The notes below the pieces were generated by a model. That model did no database searches, was not told the DNA's origin, and saw only the letters and a program-made list of their open reading frames with translations. A program made the position numbers and the translations under genes. Of a stretch of 64,000 bases of DNA, positions 1 to 12,450 are shown piece after piece (position 1 is the first letter of the stretch; every line of letters starts with the position of its first letter). This stretch comes from Rotaria socialis (taxonomy: Eukaryota): the NCBI GenBank assembly GCA_905331295.1, contig CAJNYD010000074.1, positions 248,001 to 312,000 of the forward strand, given 5' to 3'.

Positions 1-182
1 CATATTATAAAAAATGATCGGCTATGATAGATTGCATCTAGTTTTGCTTATTCGATATTTTTCTATTAGAAATCTTGAAGAAATTAAACGTTATTTTTAT
101 CCGATTCAAATTTGAAGTACATATAATTAAATGTATTATAAATACTGATAGGAAATTTTGGATATTCCTCTATTTTAAAAAT

Positions 183-335
183 AGCAGGGCAGGGCAGGGC
201 AGGTTACAGGCTGCAGTAGAAAGTGTTAGGGCAAGGTACGCAAAAATGCTCACAGGGCAGGGCAGGGTCAGGTTACAAAAAAATTTTGCAGGGCAGGTTA
301 CAGGTTATAAAAATCCTGCACCCTGCAGCCGTCTA
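183..335. mobile_element. Right end of a probable hAT-like MITE with (GCAGG)n subterminal repeats
   Basis: Repeated agggc/gcaggtta motifs ending ...ccctgcagccgtcta (reverse complement TAGACGGCTGCAGGG). No partner end was found, so it may lie before the window. Confidence 0.4.
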
Positions 336-1008
336 ACCATATTGGCTTTGATAGAAATTGTTAATGAATCTAGTAATTAGTTTCTATAATGAAACACCTG
401 TTACTTTGATTTCACTTAATTATATATTTGCTTTGTCTTGATTTGTCAAAATTTCAAGAATCAAAATCGATTTTGAACATTTATTTGTGTTTGATCTAAA
501 ATTTTTACAAAGAGAAAAAAAATTATTGAATTAAAAGAACTTTGATCATTTATATTATTATTCACGCTATGTTATAAAATGTTATTGTTGTCTTCAATAT
601 TATTCTAAAGCAAAAGTCAGACAATAATCAGATCACCTTACGTATGAGAATCAAAATTGAAAACAAGCATAATCATCACACATTTTACGAGACAACAAGT
701 CACTAAAAGCAAATTGCTGAAATGTAAACGCTATACAAAAAGAAGAAAAAGATTGTGCATTTGTGTTTGATCAAGCAAAAAAAATCTGAATCCAAGAAGG
801 GTAACACAAACAAAATATGTATAAGAAAGATGTGAGAGATGAAGGCAGAAAGCGAAAAAAACACAGACTAAAGTTATACAATAGAAATAACATGCTTGTT
901 CAAATGAGAAATAAAAATGAGACCGGGCTTAGTTTAGCTGCATTCTAACATAGTTCTATTACTGATTATAGCACCATATCACTGATAAAGCAGGCTGAGT
1001 TGCATTGT

Positions 1009-1112
1009 CTATGAAGACGAAGGTGGGGGTCGTGAGTCGTGTTCATCATCATCTTGCTGCATTGGTGATGATCCACGTTTGTTTGATCGATGTTGGTGAA
1101 CAGATCTATGTT

Positions 1113-1146
<34 letters not shown>

Positions 1147-4100
1147 CTGCTGTTGTTGTTGTTGAGATATGACAATCGGAATTGGAATAGATCCAATTAA
1201 ATTTGTAGTACGATTTGATCGTATAGGAGATTGTTGCTCAGTCTTATGAGTAAAAAATGATGGATATCGATGAATTATATCTTGAATAGTTTCTTCATAT
1301 CGTTCAAGTAATTGATGTTTATTTATTGAGACAGAATGATAATGTTGACCAACTGGTTGCTCAAGTAAACGTTGAAGAAATTCTTCAAGTAAAATTGAAT
1401 GTTCGTTATCTAAATATGATACAGTTAAGATTTAACTACGTGTGAATGACTTATTTTTAAAAACAACATACGTTCAAGTTTATCGAGTAATAAACACCAA
1501 ATACGTTGAATTTCTGATATATATACTCGATCATCGTCAGAACTGAGTTTAAGCTGCATTAAACATGGAAGAAATTGATGTATCATTATATCTAGACGAT
1601 AATCCGGAATAGTTTTAAAACGATTTAATACAAGATCGTTCCATTTCTATTAATAAAAATAAGTAACAATAAAAATGTTTTTTAATTTAAATATCTTACT
1701 TCAAAACATAATCTTCGTGTTTTGAATAAAACATGATTATCCATAGCACGCATTGGCAATAGATTTTGTTTTGACAGACGTAAATTATATTCACAAGCAA
1801 CACAAAAATATGTTATGGCTTCATCAAATCTAAATTAATAAAAATCAATACTCACTACCAATTCAACAGCATCAATTTAGCTGAAAACCCTACCCGTACT
1901 ATGAAGCATTATTATACTAACATGAAATACATCAATTGAAAGATCATTAACGTACCGACTTTAACTATTTTTTCATGGATAGTTAATCGTAAATGAAGCG
2001 ATCTGTCTCATTTTTTCTCTGCACATCAAAAAGAATGCTTTTTTTTCGTTTCTGCCAGCATCTTATTATTTTTTTGTTTATTGCTTTCGATTTTCGTATT
2101 CTTTGTCTCTTAGTGCAACTTTATTATTTTTATTTTAAACAAAGTAACTAAACCTTGTATTTGGAGCAGTTTGCAACTTATTATAGTGTGTATATCGATA
2201 AATTCAGAAGCTAAGAGAATAATTATTTCTTAAGTTTATAGCTTAAGCAGTTTCTATTTCTTAAGTTGATCACATGAGTGTTATGGTAGATCAATGCACA
2301 ACCACGCGATCATGAATATAAAGGTATTTTTAGAACAAAAATAAAAAAATTCACTATTGGAATATTTTTGAAGGAAATTAAAGTCCGATAGTTGATCTAA
2401 TTCAAAATCATTTTCGATTCGTGGGTAAATCAAGCTAAAGAAATCTCATGGAGGTTGTCCTCAGTTACCAATAACTGTTGACCTCTCCTCTCCATTATAT
2501 AAGTCCCATAAGAAAGAATAGTGAGGAAAAACAACAGTGCTTCATTGAAATTTACATACTTATTTTCGTTCATTAATTGATAACCGACAAGAAAAGCAGC
2601 AATAACAGATCGAAAATCTTTATAATCGCCTAATATTTTCTATAAAATAATAATATAATTAATAATCAATTAGCAAAAAGATTATTCTAAACTTTACTTG
2701 ATATTCTTGCACTTCATCGTTTGACATTTTCATACTATTACAAATAATTGTCGCCTGTAATTTGAATACTTTCAATCTAAAAATAAATAAAAAATACCAA
2801 AAACTCAAATATAACTTTATTACCGGATATCATCGTTTGAAACAGGTAAAAGACGTATAATATCATACATAACACGTTGTCGATAGATCATTTCAATGCG
2901 ATTGACTGAAAAATATGAAAGAACATGTTGTAAACGATACTCGTTGTGTGGTAATGTTGACGTGATAATATTAGCTGTTGGTGAATAATTTCTTATTTCT
3001 TTATCAACAATCTAAGAAATGAATCGATTTATTTCTAGAAAATTTCATAAAAATTTATCTACTTCTTGGAGTAAACCATTCAGATCATTTGAAAGAACTT
3101 TTGTTTCATGGGCCTTTAAAACCCGAATTGTTGAATCAATCACTTGTTTAACTATTTCCGAATCTAAAGAAATTAGTAAATAGAAAAATTACCCATTTTT
3201 ATATAGGTAAAGTACTATAGAATTTTTATTTCTTCGCCCTGATTCTTCAAAAACACCATAGTCTCAATGCTAGTATTGTCATTCGATGCTTCGCTAGATT
3301 AAAAGTTTATTTAAAAATTTTCATTCTTTTTCTGTTTTATACATTCCTAAATATATCTAAGAGATCAAATTCAATTCTGGAGTTTTAACTATGGTTTCAA
3401 TGAAAGCCGTCAGATGAGAAAAGTTTTAGTATGTTAAATATACCGCAAGGAGGAGTTGGTCCAGAGAAAAATGGAAGATTCAAAACTTTATGTATTGGTT
3501 GAGAATTTTCAATACGATCACATTGTGTTTTAAGATCATTATAAATTTTATCGAGTTTAACAGTTTCTATTTGTTGTTGTAATAGATTTAAATCATCATC
3601 TAGAACTCGTTGAATATCAGTGGTCAATTCAGAATAAGCACCTAAATAAATATTTATATTTTGAAGAAAAACAACAATAATACGAATCTTAATTATACGA
3701 ACCATTAGATACAGATTTCTGTTCTGCATTGATATAAACTAATAAATAAGCACTAGGTGCACGTGGTGCTTCGCGATCATTAGATGTTCGTTGACCACCT
3801 ATAGCATCTTCGAATACATCACTCCATTTACTTTCAGTTACTAAAAATAAAATTTTTGTTTTCAAAAATACTACATGACATTTGTTTAAATTCGATTTTT
3901 TTTTATAAAGCAGATGTAAACGAAGGATAAAAGATTCCGTAAAATTTTAATAGTAATAAGTCTTGCAGACAAATAAATAGATCTTTTACTAAGATTTTAC
4001 CCCTAGACTATAAATAAAATACTATGTAACTCTGTAGAATATGTAAACTCAAAACTGAATGTCAAAAAGAAAAGATTCCTTCATTATTTAGTCTTATGTA

Positions 4101-7100
4101 TAGAGAAAACAATCTCGTGTGATCATGCTATGTGCATATTCTTCATCGTAAATTCATAAATTTAAGGATGATTTAAAATTTATCATTATTATTCGTAAAT
4201 ATTTGCCTTCATTATCATTATATCGATACCATTTGTGTCGATCTTTATGATAAACATAGGTCCAAAAATGTCCAAGTGTTGCACTGCCTTCATGAACACA
4301 AACAGCATGCAATGTATATCGAACTTGTTTCAATTGAGATTCATTATATAATTGTTTTAGTTCGCTTTTTAAACGTCGAATTTCTTCACGAATATCTATG
4401 AAAAGCAATGATCCTTCTTATACTGTTAGGTTTCTCGTTAACTTACTTGCACATTTAGCTTCAATTTCAGTTAACCATGCTGGCAATGTATTTTGAATAA
4501 ATTGAAGTTCTTCACTCGATACATGTGATGCTTGTATCGGTATAGTAGTATGTTGTCGCGAACGATTTAATGTTGCCTGATCAAATGATGTCGAATCACT
4601 TCTAATGAGGAAAAAACAACAAATCATTATTGAATAAAAATATTTTTTCTAAGAAAAGGAAAATGACCTTCTAGGTATTGCTGGATTAAGTCGACAACCA
4701 GTTGCATACTCATAAACAACTCGAATAGCATTTGCAAGCGAAAATGATTCGTTATTACATGGATGTTTCAAGTAACTTGAACAACAGAAAATAATACATG
4801 ATGATAAGTTTATTTTATTTTCAATACCTGTTCAGTTTTTTTTCCAATTCGTGCAATTGAACATAAAGTCTTCGAGCAATATTTCTTTTATTTAGAATAA
4901 GATTTTTATTAATTAACATATAACGATCAAGATAAAGTTCTGGATAAAATTCGAACGATGCGATTATTTTAGATGCTTGTTTTGTTGCTTGTGAAAAACG
5001 ATAACGATTAAGACAAATAAATAAAACTGGCGGTAGGCGTGTGAGCCACCTTTGTTCAATAATAGCCTAATAAATAAATAGAATATGCATCAGTTTTGAA
5101 TTTTCTCCTATATAACTTGATTTATTGATTAGAAATGTACAAAGCTTTTTATTTGTATAATGACTGATAAACTTTTTTTTAACTTTCATTCAACAATAAA
5201 GAATTCGATAAGATAACTCTGCACATATTTAGTATTAATATACAAAACCCAATCGAACAAAAATGGTCTTTTCTTAAAGCAGCTTAAGTTCGACTTTTGA
5301 AAATTCTTCTAGAAAAAAAGCTTTTCTGTTCATCATTCTTTGGGATATCAACATAAAAATCCATTGAAAATCATTTAGAGAACTAATATTATTTTGCAAA
5401 CTGCATCGATCACATTCAAAGTAATCTGCTTTATTATTTTTTTTGCAGTTCAAACACAAGTTTTTTTCACTTGTCCTCAACTTTTTGTATTTCGTTCCAG
5501 CATCTCATCATTTTCTTTTTATGTCTAAATCTTGCTAATTGATTGATGTCATTATTATTTTTCTAAACATTGATCTAAGTGGTAAATATGCTTGTTGTAT
5601 ATATGTTTATTGATTGTACCTACAACAGACCTCGATACATCAATTTATAGACCTCGATAGAACCATAAAAATAATGTTATCTATTATTTGTGAAAATCAT
5701 TATTTAATCGGCTCACATTTTTCATTCTGATCCTATCAAGACTATGTCAAAATAATGCATGAATAATCGATATGTCATATACGAGTAGAATTTAGAAAAT
5801 CCAACAAAACCTCTACGTCTCGTTCGTTTCGATATTCATTACGCCTTTATCGTAATTAAGTAAAATTTGGAAAAGAGTCTGACTTCTATTACGATACAAC
5901 ATACTACACGATCACTAATCTTTCCCGTTGCTAGTTAAAATACACTCATTGATCTCTTATATTCGATACCTGGAGTGATGAGTGGTAGAGAAAAAGACAT
6001 CATACTTCCAGAGTTAAAATCTACAATCATCCTATTTTCCTTTGACAAATACTGTATCAATTTCAGAAACGCTGAATTCGAAATGAATCGATTATTTATA
6101 ACAAAAAAAAAGCATTCTTCATACCTATTCTAATATGTTTCTAAACCTCGTAGCTATCGCATTAATTCACTATTCAATTAATAATTACAAGAAAAAATGA
6201 AAAAATATGCTATATACTTGTTGACTTGAAAGACTTTCATCTGCTGAGCCAAGCCAAAGAGCTTCAAGACCATCATAGAGATTACTTGAATCAATCATTT
6301 GAATATTAATTTGTCTTAATGCTTCATGAACTAAATTTTCAAGAGAAATTTCTTTCAAAAACTTAGTATAAAAGAGGCGAAATTTACTCGAATTATTTTC
6401 ATTTCTTTCAACAATAACTTCTCCTGTAACAAATGTATTAATAGGATTAATAAAATTCGTCGATATGGTTGTATTATCAATATTCATTGAGCTACAATAA
6501 ACAAAATTAATTTTTATTCAAATAAAATCTATTGCAAATTCCCGAACTTTTTTCCAATTGTTTCATATGCGAGTTCAATGAGATCAATTAGATGTGTAGC
6601 AAATTCTGAACAATCCTAAAATAAGAATTTAAATTCACTCATTGAGCATTGTTGCTTTTTTTTTCTAAAAAACAATATACTTCATGGGAAAAGTCAGCTC
6701 CGGATAATTTTCGTGTGTTTTTAAATTTTTTTATTGCACGATCAGGATTGATTGAACGACGCGGTGATTTTAACATTAAAATAAATAAATTTCGTAATTC
6801 TTCAGTAAAGCAAATAGCTTGTTTTTCCTAAATTTATTTCAATAATCAATACAAAAATAAAAAAAAGGTGTGAACATACACTTTCATTCAATTCACGACT
6901 CGTTATTGCATGTCGAAAGTTCAATATAAGTTCACGAAAATACGGTAATGTATAAACTGCTTGAACTATTGAATTAAACCAACAGGTATTTCCAATATTT
7001 TTCAATCCAGCTGGCTCATCAAGTGATTTTCTTTCAGCTATATCGGATTCGTCGATGATTTGTTCGACTGTTTCACGTGATAATTGTAATGCACTTCAAG

Positions 7101-8044
7101 AAAGAATTCTTTTCAATCAATCAATTTAGAAATATACCCTATATATATCCAATATCAAAATAAAATTCTATAACTGAATATTTGATATTTATCTGTTCGC
7201 GAAAATGTCAATAAAACTTGTCTGCTTCAGTGATGAATCTAGGATTTTGACAAATAATGTGTTGTCGAACTTATTTTTAAGCCTTTTTTGTTAAGAAAAA
7301 CTAGAACAAATTTTTTATTGCAGGAAGACTATTGCTCATGTTATCCCAGTAGATTCATTATCGATCTCATAAAAGTAGGTATGCAAGATTGCATAGAAGT
7401 TTCAGGTTTATAGATATTATGAATCTTTTTGAAAAGCCTATCCTCTTTGATTTTTATGAATTTAATTTCTAACCGTTCTAAATCATCATCAACTGATTGT
7501 TGATTATCATGTTCGGCTGATATTTCAATCACATCATCTGTGATAGAATCTCCATGATTTTGATCAGATGCTTTCGGGGTTGAAGCAGCAGCAGCAGCAG
7601 CAAGAGGAGCTTGGGCAGATGTATTTTGATTATGATGATATTGACTACTATTATTATTATTGTTATTATTATCGTTAGTAGATTGTGGAGATGTTGATTG
7701 AAGACTATTTCGAAGCTAATTTAAAATTAATACAAATAAATTACATAAAAAAAAATGTTGTTGTCTCATTGAAAATACGAACCGTATCGTCAAATAATAA
7801 ATTAATCACTTGATCAAGTGAATATCGTCCAGTATCATCTTTGCATAATTCAATTGTTTGATTTATAAAATCATCCTCAAGACCAGTAATTTCACGGATC
7901 TGCCGTATCACGTCACGTCGATCTCGTTTCGTCTATATACAATGGAAATATTAGAAACAAAAACAGAACAAAATGTTTATTGCTACGAACGATGGCAGGA
8001 TTCGTTTTCTTATTTTCAGGTATAGCAGCCGTGTCTACTGTCAT
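1009..8044 (-). CDS. USP25/28: Ubiquitin carboxyl-terminal hydrolase, USP25/USP28-like (multi-exon)
   Basis: Starts MTVDT (ATG 8044). UBA-like segment (VIRQIREITGLEDD..LLFDD), UIM-like DDDLERALQLSRE, Cys box GLKNIGNTCWFNSIVQ (~7000), His box YTLHAVCVHEGSATLGHFWTY..WYRYND (~4210-4320). The last exon (1009-1410) has a polyQ run and TAG at 1009-1011. Confidence 0.92.
1110..1163 (-). repeat. CAA/CAG repeat encoding polyglutamine in the USP C-terminal exon
   Basis: (ttg/ctg)n on the + strand, in frame as about 18 Gln. Confidence 0.85.
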
Positions 8045-8361
8045 AGTCTAATCAAACAAAATTATATAGAAAACGATTTGTTTTATAAATTTTTGGATCT
8101 AAATACGAATATTCCTGGTTTGTTGCGTTTCAGATCCGAAAAAGAAAGAACAAATGATCTGGATTGGCTCCACCATATTTGACCGAAATACTCTAAGCCT
8201 CCATTTATTTTAAAGAGAAACATACATTATTTCTTTTTTTTTCTACGTGTTGATTTCATCAAGTCTATAATAATCTATTTTTCATCATGAATAAGAGTTT
8301 GAAAAAGAAGACGAACACACACGACTAATACATTTAAAATAAAATATCACGAAGTCATTTT

Positions 8362-8790
8362 TTAGTGCCAAGCAGCAAGTAAAGTACCAGCCATTGATAA
8401 TCCAACCATTGGGTAACCAAGATTAATTGCAGTTACTAACCATGAAAAATTGTCCTTAGAAAACACTTGATTTGGTAACATTGTTGTTACTGTAAAGCCC
8501 AACCAGCAGCAAAAACCTATTTTTAATCCATCAAACCATGATCCTGATGCATGAGTATATTCAATAAAGTGTGCCATCATAATTGCCATCAGTAAATGGC
8601 ATATCGAAGATATAATATAACCTTTTTGAGCTCTTTTTTGTATATTTGGATCATTTTTCATTTTATTATAATCGAAACCCATTAATTTAACCCAAAGTGT
8701 TCCAAAGAGTATCGGAGAATACCATAACATACCAAGAATCATATTCAATAATGTACAAGTAGCAATAGCAAAATAGTTTACTGTTACCAT
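8362..8790 (-). CDS. DUF1761-family small membrane protein, intronless, bacterial-like (HGT candidate)
   Basis: 142 aa with four hydrophobic segments. N-terminal VNYFAI..ILGMLWYSPILFGTLWVKLMG and C-terminal AINLGY..VGLSMAGTLLAAW match the DUF1761 pattern as I recall it. Confidence 0.85.
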   Translation of the reverse strand: MVTVNYFAIATCTLLNMILGMLWYSPILFGTLWVKLMGFDYNKMKNDPNIQKRAQKGYIISSICHLLMAIMMAHFIEYTHASGSWFDGLKIGFCCWLGFTVTTMLPNQVFSKDNFSWLVTAINLGYPMVGLSMAGTLLAAWH

Positions 8791-9694
8791 CGTTGATTAT
8801 TATTTAATACGCTAGCTTTTCGAGAAGAAGATTATAACTATATTGTAAAAATTTAAATGGCGGATATAGAAAAGCGCATTATATATATATATATAGCAAC
8901 CCGAGAACAAGAAAAAGAAAGAGATATTCCCTCTACTAAAAGGAGGTTATACGAAAAGTGATCTAGCGCCGTTCGTTTGTATGTTCGCTCATCCAATAGC
9001 ACAAAAGTAGATGCATAAAGTAAACTTATCTAACATCAAACAATTTCTCTAGGGATAGGGATAAGTATGACCGAAGGTAATCGGGGTCAGGGAACACGAT
9101 GGTGTTGTCAGTTTTTCGAAATTTTGTGGTTCAAGCAAGTTTATAATGCATGAGGAGTAGGTTAGATCGTCCCATTTTTGTGATAGGAATTCTTTGTAGG
9201 AAAAATTTTAAGGGTTCCATTCGATGATGTTTATAGTGTTGGATGTATCGTATGGTTATGTGAGACCTTATTACGAATAAGCTATATGCATCCTGCGGTG
9301 GAATTGATTCTCAATTTGGCAACGACTAGCCGCTGACCTGCACTAAGACGTTGAAGGCTTTTTGTTTCAAAGTCTTCAGTTTATTCTTGATAAGTCAACT
9401 TTTATTGTAGCAGAAAGAATTTAGTCAAACTCAACTCCTAGAATTCTAGATTAGCGCATCTACGAACGAACTCGAACTGGATAGGTACTCGGAAATCTTG
9501 TCTCATTCTTCTCTAAATGATGAGGAATTTATCGCATATGTAGATGAAACTGGATTAAATTAGTCCCACAACTGTTGTTTTCGGGTTTTTTGAAAGTTCT
9601 CTTTGTTTTCATCTAATAATTATAGAATGAGGGTGTGCGGGTGTGGGTGAAGAATATACCTTAACTGAAGCCCACACACAAATATGTTCACTCC

Positions 9695-10386
9695 GAATTG
9701 GGGGAAAAGGCAGAAAAGAAAAACGCCGAAAAGGAAAATGTGAAAAAAAAGAAGGAAAATGCCGAAACTGGTAATTGCAGAAGGTGAAAACGTCGAAATG
9801 AAAAAGTATAATTAATAAAAGTGTCAAAGACAAACTGCTAGAGGAAAAGTGGAAAATTTTTGAAAAGGAAAACGTAGAATAAAAAGGATGTATATAGATA
9901 ACGAAATTGTTTTTTTGAATTGGTATTGGTTGTTAGTGGAATAAGTTAAATTCGTTGTCCTCGTCGTCTATAGTCTATACTTGTTCATTGTTATCATATA
10001 CCATATATATAAATCAGCCTGGTGAGAACAACTAACAAATAATTTTCTCTTAAATCGTTGGCAATGGACAGTGAAATATCATTCTTAACGACTAATAAAG
10101 GTAAACTATTACTAGTGTTTAACCAATATGTTCATATGCAATAAAACGTCCTCATCATAAAAGTATTGGGTTTGTATTTAACATAGATGCGACATATCTG
10201 TGCACACCAATTTGGAAAATAAATTTTTCTTTTTCTTTAAAATTATCAAAAAACTCAATTTTAGACATTTACCCTTTCGGCGTTTTCCTTTTTCTACTTT
10301 TTTCATTCGACGTTTACAACTTCTGTATTTTCCCCTTCTATGTTTGCCTTTTCGACGTTTTCCCTTTCTGCCTTTTCCACCAAAAC
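9695..10386 (+). mobile_element. Non-autonomous Mutator-like element (MULE) with a decayed FLYWCH-like transposase 5' relic
   Basis: TIRs gaattgggggaaaaggcagaaa / tttctgccttttccaccaaaac, with aaaacgyCGAAaagg subterminal repeats. Imperfect 9-bp TSD gttcactcc (9686-9694) / cttcactct (10387-10395). Internal broken frame MDSEISFLTTNKGKLLLVFNQY..KYWVC..C..VHTN at ~10064-10230. Confidence 0.75.
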
Positions 10387-10809
10387 CTTCACTCTTTACT
10401 TATTGTCCAACAAATAAGTCAATGTAAAACACCTTTTTAGCCAATATTGTTTTGCTATTTATTTTTGCACAACTATCGACAGGAATTGCAACATATTGCA
10501 TATTTTATTATTAGATGACACCTGAACAACAAGGATAATTCAATTTTGTTTTGACACGGGATCATGAAGCAAGATTTTAGATGATGCAATGGTTACTCTA
10601 TTTTCTTAGTGAGTTAAAATACTATGGTGCAATTTTTCATCATATGAATTAGTCTTGCGCAAGTATGTAATAAAGCATGCGTCAAATATTTCGTTCGAGT
10701 ATAAATTGCCCGAAAATTCTTCTCCTTGTTTACTGTTTCAAATAATATTGGTTCGAACTGTAAAATTCTCTTATTTTAACAAATATTATCAAAATTTTGA
10801 TATTTCACC

Positions 10810-12450
10810 ATGGGTAAAGAAAAGAAACGTATAAGTATTGTTATTATTGGTCATGTGGACTCGGGTAAATCAACATCATCTGGTCATTTGATCTACAAAT
10901 GTGGTGGAATCGAAAGACGTATGATTGAAAAATTTGAAAAAGAAGCTTCTGATGTATTTAATCTTTATTTCTACTTTGATCAGATTTGCATAACTCAAGT
11001 TTTCTTTAAATTATTACTAGATTGGCAAAGGCTCATTTAAATATGCTTGGGTTATGGATAAAGTGAAGGCGTCTCGAGAACGTGGTATGACCGTGGATAT
11101 CTCGTTATGCAAATTCGAAACTGAATTATCGGATGTAACTATTATTGATGCGCCAGGTCATCGAGATTTCATCAAGAATATGATCACAGGTACAGCACAG
11201 GTAAGAAATTTGTTTGTTTCTCGTCGTCTACAGATTGATTGATGCCTCTATTGTCTTTTAGGCTGATTGTGCTGTTTTAGTTGTTTCGGCTAGTGTAGGT
11301 GAATTCGAAGCTGGTATCTCGAAAAATGGTCAAACACGTGAACATGCTTTACTTGCATATACATTAGGTTTGAAACAAATGATCGTTGCTATCAATAAAA
11401 TGGATATGACAGAACCATCATTTTCGGAAGCACGATTCAATGAAATCAAAAACGAGGTGTCCATATACATCAAAAAGATTGGCTATCAACCGGAAAGTGT
11501 TGCTTTTGTTCCTATCTCAGGATGGCTAGGCGATAATATGATTGAACCATCAGAAAATATGCCTTGGTATAAAGGATGGTCAGTTGAACGTAAAGAAGGC
11601 ACTGATACAGGCAAGACACTGTTGGAAGCTCTCGACGCTATTGTGCCTCCACATCGTCAAACAGGCAAACCACTTCGTCTACCATTACAAGATGTGTACA
11701 AAATTGGTGGTATTGGCACGGTACCTGTTGGTCGAGTTGAAACTGGCATACTTAAGCCTAACATGATTGTCAGCTTTGCTCCATCGAATGCATCGGGTGA
11801 AGTTCGATCAGTCGAAATGCATCATACTGAACTTGCTGGTATATTATCTTAGTTTTCCGTTTTCCGATATTTAAAAAAGTTCGTTTTTTTAATTTTTAGA
11901 AGCTTTACCTGGCGACAATGTTGGTTTCAATATTCGAGGAGTACCTGTAAAAGAGCTTCGACGTGGATATGTTTGTTCGGATGCAAGAAATGATCCAGCA
12001 CAAGAAACTTCTAGTTTTATTGCTCAAGTAAGTTAATTTCACTCGGTTGTTCTTTAGTATAAGCATCGTTTGTTTTCACAGGTTATTGTGCTCAACCATC
12101 CGGGTCAAATAGCTCAAGGTTATACGCCTGTTCTTGACTGTCATACAAGTCATATTGCATGCAGATTTGCTGAATTGATTTCAAAAATCGATCGTCGATC
12201 AGGTAAAGTTATTGAAGAATCACCACAATGTATCAAATCAAATGAAGCTGCAATGGTTAAAATGGTTCCAACAAGACCAATGTGTGTTGAAAAATTTGCT
12301 GAGTATCCTCCATTGGGTCGCTTTGCTGTACGTGATATGCGACAAACAATAGCTGTCGGTATTATTAAAGATGTTGAAAGAAAACTAGCGACACCAGCCA
12401 AAGTAGCCAAGGTGGCTGTGACCTCTGGTAACAAGAACAACAAAAAATAG
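10810..12450 (+). CDS. EEF1A: Elongation factor 1-alpha, divergent paralogue; exons 10810-10953, 11021-11200, 11262-11838, 11900-12027, 12082-12450
   Basis: [43 protein letters not shown] and [14 protein letters not shown] motifs. GT-AG introns give one continuous frame. Confidence 0.97.

Noticed and set aside
75..380. 101-aa ORF with GQGR repeats
   Set aside because: Translation of MITE GCAGG repeats
966..1196. Poly-Asn/Ser ORF
   Set aside because: Wrong-frame reading of the USP polyQ exon
8924..9080. Possible Helentron/DINE-like element upstream of DUF1761
   Set aside because: Only a weak subterminal repeat and a short cgtttgtatgtt tract; no defined 3' end
9609..10427. Two Phe/Pro/Arg-rich ORFs (9609-9833 and 10200-10427)
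   Set aside because: Translations of the MULE terminal repeats
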